The notes beneath the pieces were generated by a model. That model ran no database searches and was not told where the DNA came from. It saw only the letters and a program-made list of their open reading frames with translations. 64,000 bases of DNA, from positions 459 to 64,458 of the forward strand of contig DAQX01000008.1 in NCBI GenBank assembly GCA_002503055.1, written 5' to 3'. Position numbers and translations under genes: made by a program. How positions within the stretch are numbered: the stretch's first letter is position 1; each line of letters begins with the position of its first letter. Below, piece after piece: positions 1 through 9,890 of this stretch. This DNA is from Euryarchaeota archaeon UBA86. Its GTDB lineage: Archaea; Thermoplasmatota; Poseidoniia; Poseidoniales; Thalassarchaeaceae.

Positions 1-1
1 G

Positions 2-1975
2 AAAATCGAGATCGAGAACGAAACAGTAGCGGACATTACAAGTCAAATTCAGAGGGGGGCTATGGCCTTCCTAGGCGCCGAATACAGGTATCTATCGGTA
101 TTCGTTGTGGTAGTTGCAGGGTTGCTGTACTACATCAACGACTTCGAGTACGAAACTCCAGCGGCCTTCCTCGCAGGTGCCCTGTGCAGCGTGGCAGCCG
201 GATATTCTGGAATGCGCGCTGCTACCAGTGCAAATGGTAGGACTGCCATGGCAGCTTCCTCGGGGGGCCAATCAGAGGCGCTAGAGGTCTCGTATAACGG
301 AGGAGCAGTCATGGGTCTGTCTGTAGGAGGCTTGGGCCTTCTAGGAATCTCTCTGATGGCTTACTGGCTAGGTACCGGACCTGAAGTCCAGAATGTTGCT
401 GGATTCGGAATGGGTGCCTCTTCCATCGCTCTGTTCGCCAGAGTCGGCGGTGGAATCTACACCAAGGCAGCCGATGTGGGTGCAGACTTGGTGGGTAAGG
501 TCGAGGCGGGAATCCCAGAGGATGATCCTCGCAACCCTGGTGTAATTGCAGACAATGTCGGTGACAATGTCGGTGATGTCGCTGGCATGGGCGCTGACAT
601 CTTCGAGTCATTCGTGGGCTCAATCATTGCAGCTATGGTAATCGCTCAGTCTGCAGATATGGGCGCTGACTACATCACACTTCCAATCATGCTGGGCCTG
701 GTCGGATACGCGGCTTCAATCATCGGTGTATTCAGCATGAAGCTACTCAAGGGTGGCGATCCTGCTGCTGCACTAAGGAATACAACTTTCATCGCAGCTG
801 CTCTATTTTGGGCCGCTGGCTGGTTCGGAATCGATTACTTCGGCCTAGAAACAGGCACTGAGCCCATGCTAGCCGTAATCGCTGGTTCAATAGTCGGCAT
901 ACTAATCGGACTAGTAACAGAGTACTACACAGGCATCGAGGATGTTTTCGGATTCAAGGTCAAGGCGATTCCTCACATCGGAAACATGTCGAAGACTGGC
1001 CCTGCCACCAATGCTATCGCTGGTCTTTCGGTAGGAATGATGTCGACTTTCCTGCCAATCCTGCTGATTGCTGCAGGAATATTTGTCGCTAACGATGTCA
1101 TGGTGTCACCGGACGGCGCTACAGAAACTCATGGGTTGTATGGAATCGCCATGGCTGCCATGGGAATGCTAGCAACTGTTGGAGTGACGATGACCGTCGA
1201 TGCATACGGCCCTGTAGCAGATAACGCCGGGGGAATAGCCGAGATGGGAGAGTTGGGCTCAGAGGTCAGAGAGATTACTGACAGCCTAGACTCAATCGGA
1301 AACACTACTGCGGCCATCGGCAAGGGATTCGCAATCGGTAGTGCCGCCCTTACTGCACTAGCTCTGTTCGCAGCATTCGGAACTGCAGCAGAACTCAATG
1401 CTGAGGATTTGGCATTGACCAACCCAAATGTCGTGATTGGTCTACTAATTGGTGGTGCTCTACCATTCGTTGTAGCAGCCATGACCATGACTTCAGTGGG
1501 TAAGGCGGCAAACGATATGGTAGTCGAGATTCGAAGGCAATTCGCAGAGATCGAGGGCCTCCTAGAGGGCAGAGAGGGTGTCAAGCCCGACAGTCAGAGG
1601 TGTGTTGAGATTTCAACAGAGGCTGCTCTGCGTGAGATGATAATGCCCGGTGTGGTTGCGGTTTCCGCACCAATCATCGTCGGAATGGCGATCGGACCAG
1701 AGGCTCTTGGCGGTCTGCTAGCAGGTTCTCTTGTAGCCGGAGTTCTGATGGCTCTATTCATGGCCAACGCCGGTGGCGCTTGGGATAATGCGAAGAAGGC
1801 AATCGAGCAAGGTCACATCGAGGGTGCCGTCAAGGGTGACGCATCTCACGATGCAGCAGTCATCGGAGATACCATTGGCGACCCATTCAAGGATACCAGC
1901 GGACCTTCGTTGAACATACTGATCAAACTGATGTCGATAGTGGCAGTAGTAGGTGCTTCGAGCGGCCTATTCTGA
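2..1975 (+). CDS. hppA: Membrane-bound pyrophosphate-energised cation pump (H+/Na+-PPase), 5' end cut by the window edge
   Basis: Motifs [49 protein letters not shown] and [21 protein letters not shown] are diagnostic of this family. The frame stays open upstream of the listed ATG back to nt 2 ([28 protein letters not shown]), which matches the conserved N-terminal EGAMAFL..EY region, so the gene starts outside the window. [10 protein letters not shown] (Ala rather than Lys) is the K+-dependent-type signature. Confidence 0.95.
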   Translation, partial: KIEIENETVADITSQIQRGAMAFLGAEYRYLSVFVVVVAGLLYYINDFEYETPAAFLAGALCSVAAGYSGMRAATSANGRTAMAASSGGQSEALEVSYNGGAVMGLSVGGLGLLGISLMAYWLGTGPEVQNVAGFGMGASSIALFARVGGGIYTKAADVGADLVGKVEAGIPEDDPRNPGVIADNVGDNVGDVAGMGADIFESFVGSIIAAMVIAQSADMGADYITLPIMLGLVGYAASIIGVFSMKLLKGGDPAAALRNTTFIAAALFWAAGWFGIDYFGLETGTEPMLAVIAGSIVGILIGLVTEYYTGIEDVFGFKVKAIPHIGNMSKTGPATNAIAGLSVGMMSTFLPILLIAAGIFVANDVMVSPDGATETHGLYGIAMAAMGMLATVGVTMTVDAYGPVADNAGGIAEMGELGSEVREITDSLDSIGNTTAAIGKGFAIGSAALTALALFAAFGTAAELNAEDLALTNPNVVIGLLIGGALPFVVAAMTMTSVGKAANDMVVEIRRQFAEIEGLLEGREGVKPDSQRCVEISTEAALREMIMPGVVAVSAPIIVGMAIGPEALGGLLAGSLVAGVLMALFMANAGGAWDNAKKAIEQGHIEGAVKGDASHDAAVIGDTIGDPFKDTSGPSLNILIKLMSIVAVVGASSGLF

Positions 1976-2023
1976 TTCACCCGACTGCGTCAGTCTCATG
2001 ACTGACGAGTCTCACGCGCAATC

Positions 2024-2977
2024 ATGCGTGGGGCCGTGGGCGCGTCATTGGCAGTGCTGTTATTCACTGCCTCGCTGTCTGGATGTACTGCAGTCACAGA
2101 CGCAATATCAGGCAATGACTCGGTTGATGTTCCCGTCTGGGAAGTCGGAGACTGGTGGCTTTACACCTTTTCTACACCTGAATACACTGATGATACTGCA
2201 CGGCTAGTAGTGGCTTCAGTGAGCGAAGAGGGAGGGACTGCCAATATGCTGGCGATATCCAGTCTAACCGAGGCGCGTAGACATGCTGTGCTCAATCACA
2301 ACCCATTCCTAGGCAGAATTACTCACGAAGATTTGGCAGCATTTGAGAACGGTGTTGCACAGCCTGTCATGGAATTCCCCTTGGAGAAGGGTAATTCATG
2401 GGGATTTATGTTGTTCTCTATTGAGTGGCAGGCATCAGTGATTGATCTATCAGGCGACTATGTAACGATGAGAGCGGACTCCGATGAAGGAGGGAGAATA
2501 GACTACGTCTTTGACAGAAGTGCCAACTTCTTTTCTTCCTTCATCTGGAAGGACTCTGCTGGAATAGAGCAGATGCGAATGATGCTAGCAGACAATGGCG
2601 AGGGACATACCGGTGATGTGTACTTCGTACGCGGAGGTGATCTATACTCAGATACATGGGAGGATACTGGCCCTGATATCGAGATTCGTGACACTTTCTT
2701 TGTCAGTGGACATCCTAGTGATGGAGAGTGGGATGAAATGATTTACTTCCTTGATGCTGAGTGCGGAACCGGTTCATCAAGCATCACATTGACTCTCAGA
2801 GACCATTTCTCCGTCTCGGCTTTAGAGAGAGTTTGGGGCCCAGGAGCCAGCGAATACGGGACTCTTGGAACAATACCTTACCCTTCCGAAGAATATACCT
2901 TAACTGCCACATTCACGGGAGACACCTATCTCAGAATCAGGATAGCGGGTGGGATTACCAGTTCCTGGACTCTCTAG
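2024..2977 (+). CDS. Hypothetical secreted lipoprotein
   Basis: 317-aa ORF with an N-terminal signal peptide and a lipobox-like LSGC. I recognise no family motif. Confidence 0.5.
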   Translation: MRGAVGASLAVLLFTASLSGCTAVTDAISGNDSVDVPVWEVGDWWLYTFSTPEYTDDTARLVVASVSEEGGTANMLAISSLTEARRHAVLNHNPFLGRITHEDLAAFENGVAQPVMEFPLEKGNSWGFMLFSIEWQASVIDLSGDYVTMRADSDEGGRIDYVFDRSANFFSSFIWKDSAGIEQMRMMLADNGEGHTGDVYFVRGGDLYSDTWEDTGPDIEIRDTFFVSGHPSDGEWDEMIYFLDAECGTGSSSITLTLRDHFSVSALERVWGPGASEYGTLGTIPYPSEEYTLTATFTGDTYLRIRIAGGITSSWTL

Positions 2978-3279
2978 AGGTACTCTAGCAAGTGATCGGA
3001 CCCGCCAACAAAGATTGGCTCATCACCTCTAAGGTCGAATAACACAGGCACGGTTCTGTGTCTTGTCTCTACTACCACTTGCTCCCTGAGTCCATCATAG
3101 AGATCGAGATTGACTTCTGTGTAAGTTAAACCGTGCGCTTCTAGGGTTCTTTCAGCCCTAGTACAATAGGGGCAGATTGTCTGAGAAAAGAATAGGAAGT
3201 CCGTATCTGCGGACTCGAGATGCTCACGCACCTGAGACAACTGGCTCCTCCTCCTCGTCGTCGCCGGACCACCATGCAC
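2974..3279 (-). CDS. Glutaredoxin-like thiol-disulfide oxidoreductase
   Basis: CPYC active site inside FFSQTICPYCTRAERTLE, followed by TVPVLF and the FVGGSDHLLEYL C-terminus typical of Grx. The listed GTG start (3279) overlaps the 3' end of the upstream gene by 56 nt. An in-frame GTG at 3231 would give only an 8-nt overlap. Confidence 0.8.
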   Translation of the reverse strand: MHGGPATTRRRSQLSQVREHLESADTDFLFFSQTICPYCTRAERTLEAHGLTYTEVNLDLYDGLREQVVVETRHRTVPVLFDLRGDEPIFVGGSDHLLEYL

Positions 3280-6200
3280 TCTCGCCTAGGTCGCCATCGA
3301 ACTCTTCCTCATCATCTCCAAAGCGCCCCTCGAGGACTCTGTCGACCTCGTCTGGGTCAATGAACCAGAGTAGTATCACTGTGAATAGAGTCAGGGCAGC
3401 ACCGATGTAGAGGCAGGTGATGTAATCGAACCTCTGAGTCATTGTACCTGTGAATAGATAGGCCATAATTGCGGAGAGGTTGAACATCGACATGTATGCT
3501 GTAAACTGAGAGCCTCCGGCCTTGGAGAAAGTTAGTCTCATGGCCACTGCGATGACGCATATCCACGCTACTCCATTGATGATGGCCCGAATACAAAGAT
3601 AAGTGACCATTAGATTGGTGTTAGTCCAGTAGTCGCTAATCAGAGCAAGAGTTGCGTTTGATAAGGCAAGCAAGGTGAAGCCAATCATCGAAATTTCTCT
3701 AACTCCGAATTTATCTCCTAGCATACCTCCTACAATCTGCCCAAACATCATGAAAGCGATTACTATGCCTCCCATGATGCCGTTATACTTGGTCTGAGAC
3801 CATCCTGCCTCGTTGATGAATATGTCAACAACAATCGGGTCTGTGAAGAGATACAGTTCAGATAGCAGACAGAGGAAGATCAGTATGAATGAAGAGCGTG
3901 TTGAGAATCCCTTCACGATGTTGTAAGCAGTTTGTGAGGCAAGCGCGGAAGCCGGAGCAGGATTGCGAATAGACGGGATGTTTGCTCCAAGCCATTCGGC
4001 AAACATTAGCAGTATCGAAAGCAGAAGTCCCCATCCTCCAATTGACTTCAATGGAGCGGCAATGTCTCCGAATGTTAGAGCCCAGTCACCGGTGTAAGTA
4101 TTGGTCAACTGGTGGATGATAGCGAATGCTCCCCAAAGCAGAAGTGAACCGATACTGAGCCACAAAATCAGCGCTACAGGGGAGATCCTATTCTCGTAGA
4201 GATTAGTAGCAACCCAGCGAGCCTGTGTGAATTCTTCGGGATGGTCGGCTTCCCAAGGCAGAACCTCTTCGGCTTCGATAATTTCCTCTTCAACTGGTTG
4301 AGAGTCGTCGGCACGGTCAGACTTCTTGCTCCATGGGAACAGACTGTTACTTGGCCTCTCACGTAGGAAGAGGGGGACCAGCATAATCAGTACCAGTAGT
4401 GGCAATTGGACCATGATTGCAGACTTGATTCCATACGGGACAACTAGCATCCCAAGTACTGCACCTCCGAAAATAACTCCTCCTCGCTTGGAAGCGAACA
4501 TCAGTCCATTGACCGTCGCAACCTCATCTGGCTCAAGAATATCCACGGCCAGAGCGTCTACGCTAACATCCTGTAATGATGAGAATAGGTTGTGGATAAA
4601 CAATAGAATTGTAGCAAGTTGAAGAGAAGCAACTAGGTCAGGTACCATCAATAAGGCTGCAAGAGAAATTATCATTCCAGTCTCTGCGAACAGTACCCAA
4701 GGTCTTCTAACTCCATACTTAGGGAAAGTGACCATGTCAATTACAGGTCCCCAAATGAACTTGAATGTCCAAGGCAGGTAGACAGTAGCGAACAGTAAGG
4801 CAATCTGCTCGACCTCTACACCATTGGTTACAAGGAAAGCTACGAATGCTACATTGGCGAAACCAGAAGGAAGGCCCTGTGCGACATAGAGGATACACAG
4901 AGCAATAGTTCTCGATGCCTTGTTCTCGGTTAGTGCCTCTCCGTTACGGAGACCGCGTATGAAAGAGCCAAATGTTCTGAAGAATCCTATTATTCCTGCA
5001 ATAACGACCGTTTGGAAAAGGACCACGATAGGGTTCCCATCAGTAGGTTTGATTTCTGTTGACTTGTCGATATCTTCTCTCACCGATTTTCTCACTGCGG
5101 TCAAGAACTTCCTGTCCCACCTCTCGGTTGTCATGATGAATCCTAGCAATGCTAATGCTAGAGCGAATGGAATGAAGAATATCCAAGACCCAATAGAAGT
5201 GAGTCCTTCAATTCCTCCTGAAGCCGATTGCCCATCAATCAAGATCACTCTTCGAGCATCAATCGGAGAGATGCTATCTTCTGAGATAACAAGTCTGGCA
5301 TAGACTGTTGAATTGCCAGACTCAGCGTGAGGGTCGAGTTTCACTCTCCAGTTTGCCCAGTCGCCATTCTTCGACAAATCCGCGGCGCCCTTCCATTCAC
5401 CTCCGCCGACCTTTACCTCGACAATACCCATTCCCGGGGCGCCGCCTGAAGCTGTTCCTGAGATGTAGCTCTCATTGCCGACTTCCTGTAGTGTCTCTAT
5501 GTCCATAGTGACATTGAGTGAGCGGTCTATACTACCTGCTGCCTCTACGAAAGCCACGGGGTCGGCTTGCCCATATCCAAACTCGTTATCGGGGCGGGTC
5601 TCGAGGAGACTGCAATCATTTAAGCCGGGATCATCTAGTAGTACGATTTCCCTTTCTATAGAGTGTGCAGCTATGATATCCTTGAACTCAGTTGGTGTGA
5701 TGTCTGGATTTGCCTGAACCATCAGTGCCGCTATGCCTGCCATAAGAGGAGTGGCCATACTGGTCCCTGACTTACTCGTGTAGCCGTCCTGAGTAGCAGC
5801 GTCGGGCGCCATAATGCTGGAACCTATGGTAGCAACATCCGGCTTGACTCGCATATCAGATGTGTAACCACGACTGCTGTAGATGGCCAGACCGAGATCC
5901 TTGTCTAGACTTGCAACGGTGACAGGTAACCTAGCATCGCCGGGGCTGTCGATTGTATTGCATCCGGCGAATGTTGCACCTCCAAACTCGTTGCCAGCAG
6001 ATAGCGTTGTGATGATTCCAGCCTCGACAACCATGTCCATCTGACGACTCCAAGCAGAGTTGCCATCGTTATCGAAGTGAATCTCAAACTGCTGCTCTCC
6101 GAGTGAAGAAGTCACGATGTCTATGTTGTGAACATCCTTGTTGTCAATAGCCCACTGGGCACCTTGCATGACATCCTCTATGTCGCCATCACAACAGGCT

Positions 6201-7081
6201 AGGATGTTGATTAACCAAGCCCCCGGGGCCGCTCCAACATACCTTAGTCCAGTGGTTGGGTCAGTCTGGCCGCCACCACTACCGGCTGCAATTCCCGCAA
6301 CATGGGTGCCGTGTGTTCCAGAATCGAATGATTCTGAGGGATCGTGTTCTTCATCGGTAAAGACTGCATCATAGAATGCGATAACCTTGGGGTCACAATC
6401 TGCAGGAATTGGTTGTGGATTAGGATCCAGAGGATCCGGAGGGTCATCAATGCAAGTGAATGGATCATCATCCATGTCATTGAGTCCTTCGTGGTCGCCT
6501 CGAACTCCTGTGTCAAGGATTGCAATTACAGAACCGGTACCGTCGAGACCGAGGTCTTGCCAAACTGCATCGACTCCCATGTTAGGGACTGCTTCGTGCA
6601 TATTTGGCTCAGCAAGACCTAGGTCTTCGACCATCACTACTCCAGGAAGTGAGCGGATAGCATTTGGATCCAGAATAGAGCTGAACGGGGCTGTGGCTGA
6701 GATTGTGTCAAGGTAAGTGAAACGGAAGGTTACCTCTACTCCCAATTCCTCCAGTGCTGCGATGTCAGCATCCGTCGGATGGTGATTGTAATCAACGAAG
6801 ATTCTTGCACTTCCGTGGGGAGCTCTCTTCCACCAGTCTTGCTGTATCTCGGCGGGTTGTTCAAGTAGCCACTCAAGCCTGTCGTCTAGCTCATTTCCAT
6901 CTTTATCACGACTCCAATAGAGCCACCAGTTAGGATGTACATCATGCTCAACAGAGGCTATCCAATTTCCATCGGCATCGAATCCTCCGGCCTCTCTCTC
7001 AGAGACGATTGTAGACGAAGCAAGAGGGATTAGGAATAACAGCGCGATTGCTGTTGCCAGTGCTGCTCGGCGTCCTACCAT
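3224..7081 (-). CDS. Fusion protein: secreted subtilisin-like S8 serine protease (N-terminal ~628 aa) + TM linker + MFS-type permease (AmpG/Acatn-like), with an acidic C-terminal tail
   Basis: Signal peptide and an I9-like propeptide region. S8 triad motifs AILDTGV (Asp190), HGTHVAGIAAG (His257) and SGTSMATPLMAGIAAL (Ser441). From about residue 630 there are many hydrophobic helices with MFS-like segments (LCILYVAQGLPSGFANVAFVAFL, GGMLGDKFGVRE). It is one uninterrupted 1285-codon ORF. Confidence 0.85.
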   Translation of the reverse strand: MVGRRAALATAIALLFLIPLASSTIVSEREAGGFDADGNWIASVEHDVHPNWWLYWSRDKDGNELDDRLEWLLEQPAEIQQDWWKRAPHGSARIFVDYNHHPTDADIAALEELGVEVTFRFTYLDTISATAPFSSILDPNAIRSLPGVVMVEDLGLAEPNMHEAVPNMGVDAVWQDLGLDGTGSVIAILDTGVRGDHEGLNDMDDDPFTCIDDPPDPLDPNPQPIPADCDPKVIAFYDAVFTDEEHDPSESFDSGTHGTHVAGIAAGSGGGQTDPTTGLRYVGAAPGAWLINILACCDGDIEDVMQGAQWAIDNKDVHNIDIVTSSLGEQQFEIHFDNDGNSAWSRQMDMVVEAGIITTLSAGNEFGGATFAGCNTIDSPGDARLPVTVASLDKDLGLAIYSSRGYTSDMRVKPDVATIGSSIMAPDAATQDGYTSKSGTSMATPLMAGIAALMVQANPDITPTEFKDIIAAHSIEREIVLLDDPGLNDCSLLETRPDNEFGYGQADPVAFVEAAGSIDRSLNVTMDIETLQEVGNESYISGTASGGAPGMGIVEVKVGGGEWKGAADLSKNGDWANWRVKLDPHAESGNSTVYARLVISEDSISPIDARRVILIDGQSASGGIEGLTSIGSWIFFIPFALALALLGFIMTTERWDRKFLTAVRKSVREDIDKSTEIKPTDGNPIVVLFQTVVIAGIIGFFRTFGSFIRGLRNGEALTENKASRTIALCILYVAQGLPSGFANVAFVAFLVTNGVEVEQIALLFATVYLPWTFKFIWGPVIDMVTFPKYGVRRPWVLFAETGMIISLAALLMVPDLVASLQLATILLFIHNLFSSLQDVSVDALAVDILEPDEVATVNGLMFASKRGGVIFGGAVLGMLVVPYGIKSAIMVQLPLLVLIMLVPLFLRERPSNSLFPWSKKSDRADDSQPVEEEIIEAEEVLPWEADHPEEFTQARWVATNLYENRISPVALILWLSIGSLLLWGAFAIIHQLTNTYTGDWALTFGDIAAPLKSIGGWGLLLSILLMFAEWLGANIPSIRNPAPASALASQTAYNIVKGFSTRSSFILIFLCLLSELYLFTDPIVVDIFINEAGWSQTKYNGIMGGIVIAFMMFGQIVGGMLGDKFGVREISMIGFTLLALSNATLALISDYWTNTNLMVTYLCIRAIINGVAWICVIAVAMRLTFSKAGGSQFTAYMSMFNLSAIMAYLFTGTMTQRFDYITCLYIGAALTLFTVILLWFIDPDEVDRVLEGRFGDDEEEFDGDLGESAWWSGDDEEEEPVVSGA

Positions 7082-7132
7082 GGGTAGGACGAAAGTGAGG
7101 GGGTGTTTGAGTCTTAGGTATGAGGGCGGTCT

Positions 7133-8002
7133 TCATTTTACTTGCATACCAATCTCGTCATAGTCCCATTCTATTACTTCCCAGCCCGCTTCTTCTACTG
7201 CGGAAATCGTATCGCTGCGACCCATTGGAGAGCAGAGAAGGCCAACAGAGCCGCCGCCTCCGGCCCCAAGTGCTTTCCATGCAACAACAGAGCCGGATTC
7301 CTTCAGGCCCTCGACAACTTCTCTGAATGGGTCATGAATGGTCCTGTCAATGAGATCGACTCCTTCACAAACATCGTTTAGAGCCTTGACGACTAGTTCT
7401 CTGCGATCTCTCTGCAGTCCGTCTGCCATGGTTCTGGCGGCACCTCGAATGATGTGCAAGCCAGAGCGGACTTTCTCATCGCCATTTTGGTATCTATCCC
7501 AGACTCTGGAATGGAGGTCTCCGGACTTGTGTCCAATACCGGTGTATGCTATCACAAAGTGCTTACGAAGCCAATTCCTAGAGGATTTCATCGGTTCGAA
7601 AGGTATCTCCTCAACTTCATCCCCTAGGAACAGAAGATGATTGAAGCCTCCTCTGGCCGCTGCCCACTGGTCTTGTCTACCTCCCTTATTCTCCAGTAGC
7701 GCCTCGAACTGGAAGGCTAGCTCAGCAATATCCTCTGGACTCTTTTTCTCGCCTGCTATGGTTGCAATTAGTCCGACATTCATGGCCCCGCTGGTACCTA
7801 GGCCTGAGCCTGTTGGCATGTCGCTACTGTACTCGACTCTGATTCTTCCATCTTCGTCCTTTTCCATGATGCTGCGGATGTATCTGTTAATGGCGAAATT
7901 GACGACCTCGCCTCCATGATCTCCCGAGTAAGGTTGGACATCGGTCCACCCTCCAGCGAGGTCAACTCTGACAGGCACGACGACCTCAATTCGCTCCGTC
8001 AT
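7133..8002 (-). CDS. GHMP-family sugar/small-molecule kinase (COG2605-like)
   Basis: VRVDLAGGWTD near the N-terminus, the GHMP ATP-binding motif PTGSGLGTSGAMNVGLI, and a C-terminal GAGGGGS motif. Confidence 0.7.
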   Translation of the reverse strand: MTERIEVVVPVRVDLAGGWTDVQPYSGDHGGEVVNFAINRYIRSIMEKDEDGRIRVEYSSDMPTGSGLGTSGAMNVGLIATIAGEKKSPEDIAELAFQFEALLENKGGRQDQWAAARGGFNHLLFLGDEVEEIPFEPMKSSRNWLRKHFVIAYTGIGHKSGDLHSRVWDRYQNGDEKVRSGLHIIRGAARTMADGLQRDRRELVVKALNDVCEGVDLIDRTIHDPFREVVEGLKESGSVVAWKALGAGGGGSVGLLCSPMGRSDTISAVEEAGWEVIEWDYDEIGMQVK

Positions 8003-8066
8003 CAGACATCGCGGTAGAGTGACGCATGAGAAGGATTCGGTCTACGACCGAAAAGAACGGGTATGA

Positions 8067-8798
8067 ATGGCCCCTCCGGTAAGCATGGGTTCGGCGGTCG
8101 AGCGAGCAATTGCTGCCTTCGCGGCAGGTGACCCGGTGATGGTTTTTGACTCTGATTTCAGAGAAAGAGAAACTGATCTTCTATGGCCGGCAGATGCAGC
8201 GACTCCCCTGGTCATGAGGACTTTACGCAACGATTGCGGTGGCTTGCTCTTCCTAGCGATTGGGAACGAAATCGGAGAGATGTTTGGTCTGCCTTGGCTA
8301 CAGGATATTCACACTCATCCGGCGTTAGTCGAAGAGAATCCTATTCTCGGGGAGTTGATTACTGATGACTTGCAATATGACAATCGATCGGCATTCACAC
8401 TCTCACTGAATCATCGGGAGACATACACAGGTATTACTGATAGAGATCGGGCCCTAACTACTAGGAGGTTTGGAAAGTTGGCTCAAGAGTTGCTTGCTAA
8501 GGGATCTGAAGGAGATTCTGCTCGTGCAGCCCTAGGGGCAGAGTTCCGGACACCCGGGCACATTCCCGTCTGCAGGGAGTCTCCTTTGGGACTGAAATCA
8601 CGTCAGGGACACACCGAACTCGCAGTAGCCATTGCTCGGCTTTCCGGACGACCTCCATGCACGATTGGGGCAGAAATGCTGGAGCCGGATGGAGATGGTG
8701 CGCTCTCAGTTGACGCAGCCAGAGAATATGCTGAGAAGCATGACATTCCCATGATTACAGGGGGAGAAATCCTCGAAGCGATGGGAATCGAAGAGTAG
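8067..8798 (+). CDS. ribB: 3,4-dihydroxy-2-butanone 4-phosphate synthase
   Basis: AIAAFAAGDPVMVFDSDFRERETDLLWPA, TPGHIPV and GHTELAVAIARLSG motifs. It sits at the head of a riboflavin cluster. Confidence 0.9.
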   Translation: MAPPVSMGSAVERAIAAFAAGDPVMVFDSDFRERETDLLWPADAATPLVMRTLRNDCGGLLFLAIGNEIGEMFGLPWLQDIHTHPALVEENPILGELITDDLQYDNRSAFTLSLNHRETYTGITDRDRALTTRRFGKLAQELLAKGSEGDSARAALGAEFRTPGHIPVCRESPLGLKSRQGHTELAVAIARLSGRPPCTIGAEMLEPDGDGALSVDAAREYAEKHDIPMITGGEILEAMGIEE

Positions 8799-8824
8799 AG
8801 AAGATAGGTCGGGACTGGTTGATT

Positions 8825-9283
8825 ATGGCACGAGTAATGGCAGTAGGTGTGTTCGATCTTCTACACGCCGGTCACTTGCACTATGTTGAGCAGGCAAAGA
8901 GCCTTGGAGACGAACTGGTGGTTGTCGTTGCTCACGACGATACCGTCAGGAAGCAGAAGCACGAACCAATCACCTCTCATGAACTCAGATGCAGGATGGT
9001 ATCCGGACTCAAGCCCGTTGATACAGCAATGGTGGGTAATCCTCCAACCTCACCGATATTCGATATTCTTGATGTGGTAAAGCCCGATATAATCGCCCTA
9101 GGCTATGATCAGAAGCACTCTGTAGATGCAATCAGAGAAGGATTGGATGGACATGGTCACTCTCACATCGAAGTTATCAGAGTTGAAGGGCTCTCAGATG
9201 ATCTCGACGGAACTCGCAAAATCATCGCTAGAATCCTAGACCTGTGGCCTAGTAACGAAGGTGGGCCTTACGAGGAGGATTAG
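8825..9283 (+). CDS. ribL: Archaeal FAD synthetase (FMN adenylyltransferase, cytidylyltransferase fold)
   Basis: N-terminal MARVMAVGVFDLLHAGHLHYVEQAK (the GxFDxxHxGH nucleotidyltransferase motif) and a size of about 150 aa. The ORF track starts at TTG 8819; ATG 8825 is preferred. Confidence 0.85.
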   Translation: MARVMAVGVFDLLHAGHLHYVEQAKSLGDELVVVVAHDDTVRKQKHEPITSHELRCRMVSGLKPVDTAMVGNPPTSPIFDILDVVKPDIIALGYDQKHSVDAIREGLDGHGHSHIEVIRVEGLSDDLDGTRKIIARILDLWPSNEGGPYEED

Positions 9284-9284
9284 G

Positions 9285-9890
9285 ATGTACACTGGTATTG
9301 TAGCCGGTAAGGTACCAATTGTCAGCATAGATGAGGGAGATGGAATTCGCTCTTTCACTATCGATTTGACCGGTTTTGAAGATGATTTAGAGATTGGTGC
9401 TAGTGTGGCATTGGATGGCGTATGCATGACTGTTGTCGAAATTGATTCGGGGCAGATTGGATTTGATGCCATCCAAGAGACTCTGGAGCGGACTACTCTG
9501 GTTGAAAGAACAACCGGAGATGTCCTCAATGTCGAGCGTTCTCTCAAGATGGGTGATGAGCTTGGAGGGCATCTGCTCTCAGGGCATGTGATGTGTACAG
9601 CCGATATTCTCGAAAGAACCGAAGTTGGAGAGGGAGTGGATTTGCGAATTTCCATGCCAGATGAAGCTCGCCCCTACATTCTTGAGAAGGGATATGTGGC
9701 GGTAGATGGAATGTCACTGACAGTGGGTCATGTGGATGAATATGGCTTCGGACTTCACATCATTCCCGAGACTCTCAGAGTCACTACGATAGGGCAGAAG
9801 AAAGTTGGACAGAGTGTGAACATAGAGGTTGACTCACAGACTCAGACCATCGTAGACACACTAGTTAGAAACATGGAGGTCAGGAGATGA
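9285..9890 (+). CDS. ribE: Riboflavin synthase (bacterial/eukaryotic-type alpha chain)
   Basis: Starts MYTGIV, and the lumazine-binding repeats GASVALDGVCMTVV and GYVAVDGMSLTV are present. ATG 9285 lies 2 nt after the ribL stop and follows a GGAGGA stretch. The ORF-track start at 9261 is an upstream extension overlapping ribL. Confidence 0.9.
   Translation: MYTGIVAGKVPIVSIDEGDGIRSFTIDLTGFEDDLEIGASVALDGVCMTVVEIDSGQIGFDAIQETLERTTLVERTTGDVLNVERSLKMGDELGGHLLSGHVMCTADILERTEVGEGVDLRISMPDEARPYILEKGYVAVDGMSLTVGHVDEYGFGLHIIPETLRVTTIGQKKVGQSVNIEVDSQTQTIVDTLVRNMEVRR

Noticed and set aside
1129-1584. 151-aa minus-strand ORF inside hppA
   Set aside because: It is antisense to a gene with unmistakable PPase motifs. 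The translation is Ser/Pro/Ala-rich low-complexity sequence typical of a shadow ORF.
8003-8066. FMN riboswitch upstream of ribB
   Set aside because: The spacer is only about 64 nt, too short for the FMN aptamer, and this riboswitch class is bacterial.
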